This document shows, piece by piece, positions 63,567 through 64,000 of a stretch of 64,000 nucleotides of DNA; within the stretch, counting starts at the first letter, position 1; each line of letters starts with the position of its first letter. The translations under genes were made by a program, and so were the position numbers. The notes below the pieces were generated by a model that did not search any database, was not told where the DNA came from, and saw only the letters and a list, made by a program, of their open reading frames with translations. Origin of the DNA: Gemmatimonadota bacterium. Lineage in GTDB: Bacteria; Gemmatimonadota; Gemmatimonadetes; Gemmatimonadales; GWC2-71-9. The DNA is taken from NCBI GenBank assembly GCA_040388535.1, contig JAZKBR010000005.1:2938-66937 (forward strand), written 5' to 3'.

Positions 63567-63602
63567 CCGTCGACCTGTAGCCGTCGACCTGTAGCCGTCG
63601 AG
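63567..63602. repeat. Tandem 14-nt repeat CCGTCGACCTGTAG x2 plus a partial third copy
   Basis: Copies at 63567-80 and 63581-94, with CCGTCGAG at 63595-602. The repeat fills the 54-nt spacer between convergent genes. Confidence 0.85.
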
Positions 63603-63614
63603 CTTGCTCGACGG
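63595..63614. terminator. Hairpin between convergent apaG and STAS genes (possible bidirectional terminator)
   Basis: CCGTCGAG, loop CTTG, then CTCGACGG: an 8-bp perfect stem. There is no U-tract on either side. Confidence 0.45.
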
Positions 63615-63617
63615 TCC

Positions 63618-64000
63618 TTAAGGTTCCAACGCCTCCCGCGTCCGCGACACCGCGCGTTCCACGCTGAGCGCGCGCTCCAATCCTTCTCGACGTAACGCCT
63701 GCGCTGTCTCCGCCACGCGCGTGATGAAGATCACGCGCGAGCCGCGCTGTGCGCTTCGCCGGGCAAAGTCAGCGAGAATCCGGGTCGTGGTCACATCGAG
63801 CCCGGAGGCGGCCTGCAGATCGATGAGGAGCACCCTTGCCGGATCCGGGAGGATGTCGAGGATACGTCGCAACTCCTCGGCACCACCGAAGAAGAGCGGG
63901 CCGCGGACTTCGAGGAGTCGCACCCCCTTCGGGAGCCACGCGCGTCGCAGCAGCGCCTGGCCGTCGTCATCGTCCGCTTCCTCGCCGGTGACCACCTGCG
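63618..64000 (-). CDS. STAS domain, probably the C-terminus of a SulP-family anion transporter (5' part outside the window)
   Basis: VRLLEVRGPLFFGGAEEL...VLLIDLQAASGLDVTTTRILADF...GSRVIFI is the STAS pattern. The frame stays open to the window edge. Confidence 0.78.
   Translation of the reverse strand, partial: QVVTGEEADDDDGQALLRRAWLPKGVRLLEVRGPLFFGGAEELRRILDILPDPARVLLIDLQAASGLDVTTTRILADFARRSAQRGSRVIFITRVAETAQALRREGLERALSVERAVSRTREALEP

Noticed and set aside
1-64000. A defence island, toxin-antitoxin pair, retron/DGR, prophage or secondary-metabolite cluster as the hidden 'novel system'.
   Set aside because: After assigning genes, no ORF shows reverse transcriptase, nuclease-helicase, integrase, capsid, PKS/NRPS or TA-like features. 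The unassigned proteins are small envelope proteins inside housekeeping operons. I prefer to report no such system than to invent one.

Overview
This is a high-GC bacterial chromosomal window, about two-thirds G+C by eye, and almost entirely coding. The envelope genes indicate a diderm: a TonB-dependent receptor, an LptE-like lipoprotein, an LpxH-like phosphoesterase and RfaE2. Protein style and synteny look Gemmatimonadota-like, but that is inference only. I support about 70 protein genes, 2 tRNAs (Pro-TGG, Arg-TCT) and a few regulatory or terminator candidates.

Gene content is mainly housekeeping:
- pgm, serS, gatCAB and murA-pgeF
- a long rimP-nusA-ylxQ-infB-rbfA-truB-ribF-secDF-tatD train
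- ridA, murI, rph-rdgB, galM and mscL
- two MATE exporters
- a Phe/Tyr catabolic block (acetoacetyl-CoA synthetase, phhA, hppD, hmgA)

I found no rRNA, CRISPR array, transposase, integrase, phage gene or recognisable defence or toxin-antitoxin module. I therefore cannot point to a novel multi-gene system.

The observations most worth a second look are small-scale:
1. A 160-bp CTAG-rich heptad array, (AGAGACT)n, folded back on an inverted copy between pgeF and rimP.
2. A promoter-like site plus a textbook hairpin and U-tract directly in front of rimP-nusA, possibly a NusA-type leader attenuator.
3. Two conserved genes, truB and rfaE2, whose essential N-terminal motifs lie upstream of any ATG/GTG/TTG. 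Both have a GGAGGA Shine-Dalgarno 6 nt before a CTG that overlaps the upstream stop as CTGA.
4. A lipoprotein gene split at an A-run.
5. An unlisted 55-aa membrane ORF next to mscL.

The many long antisense ORFs in the six-frame track are high-GC shadow ORFs and were rejected.
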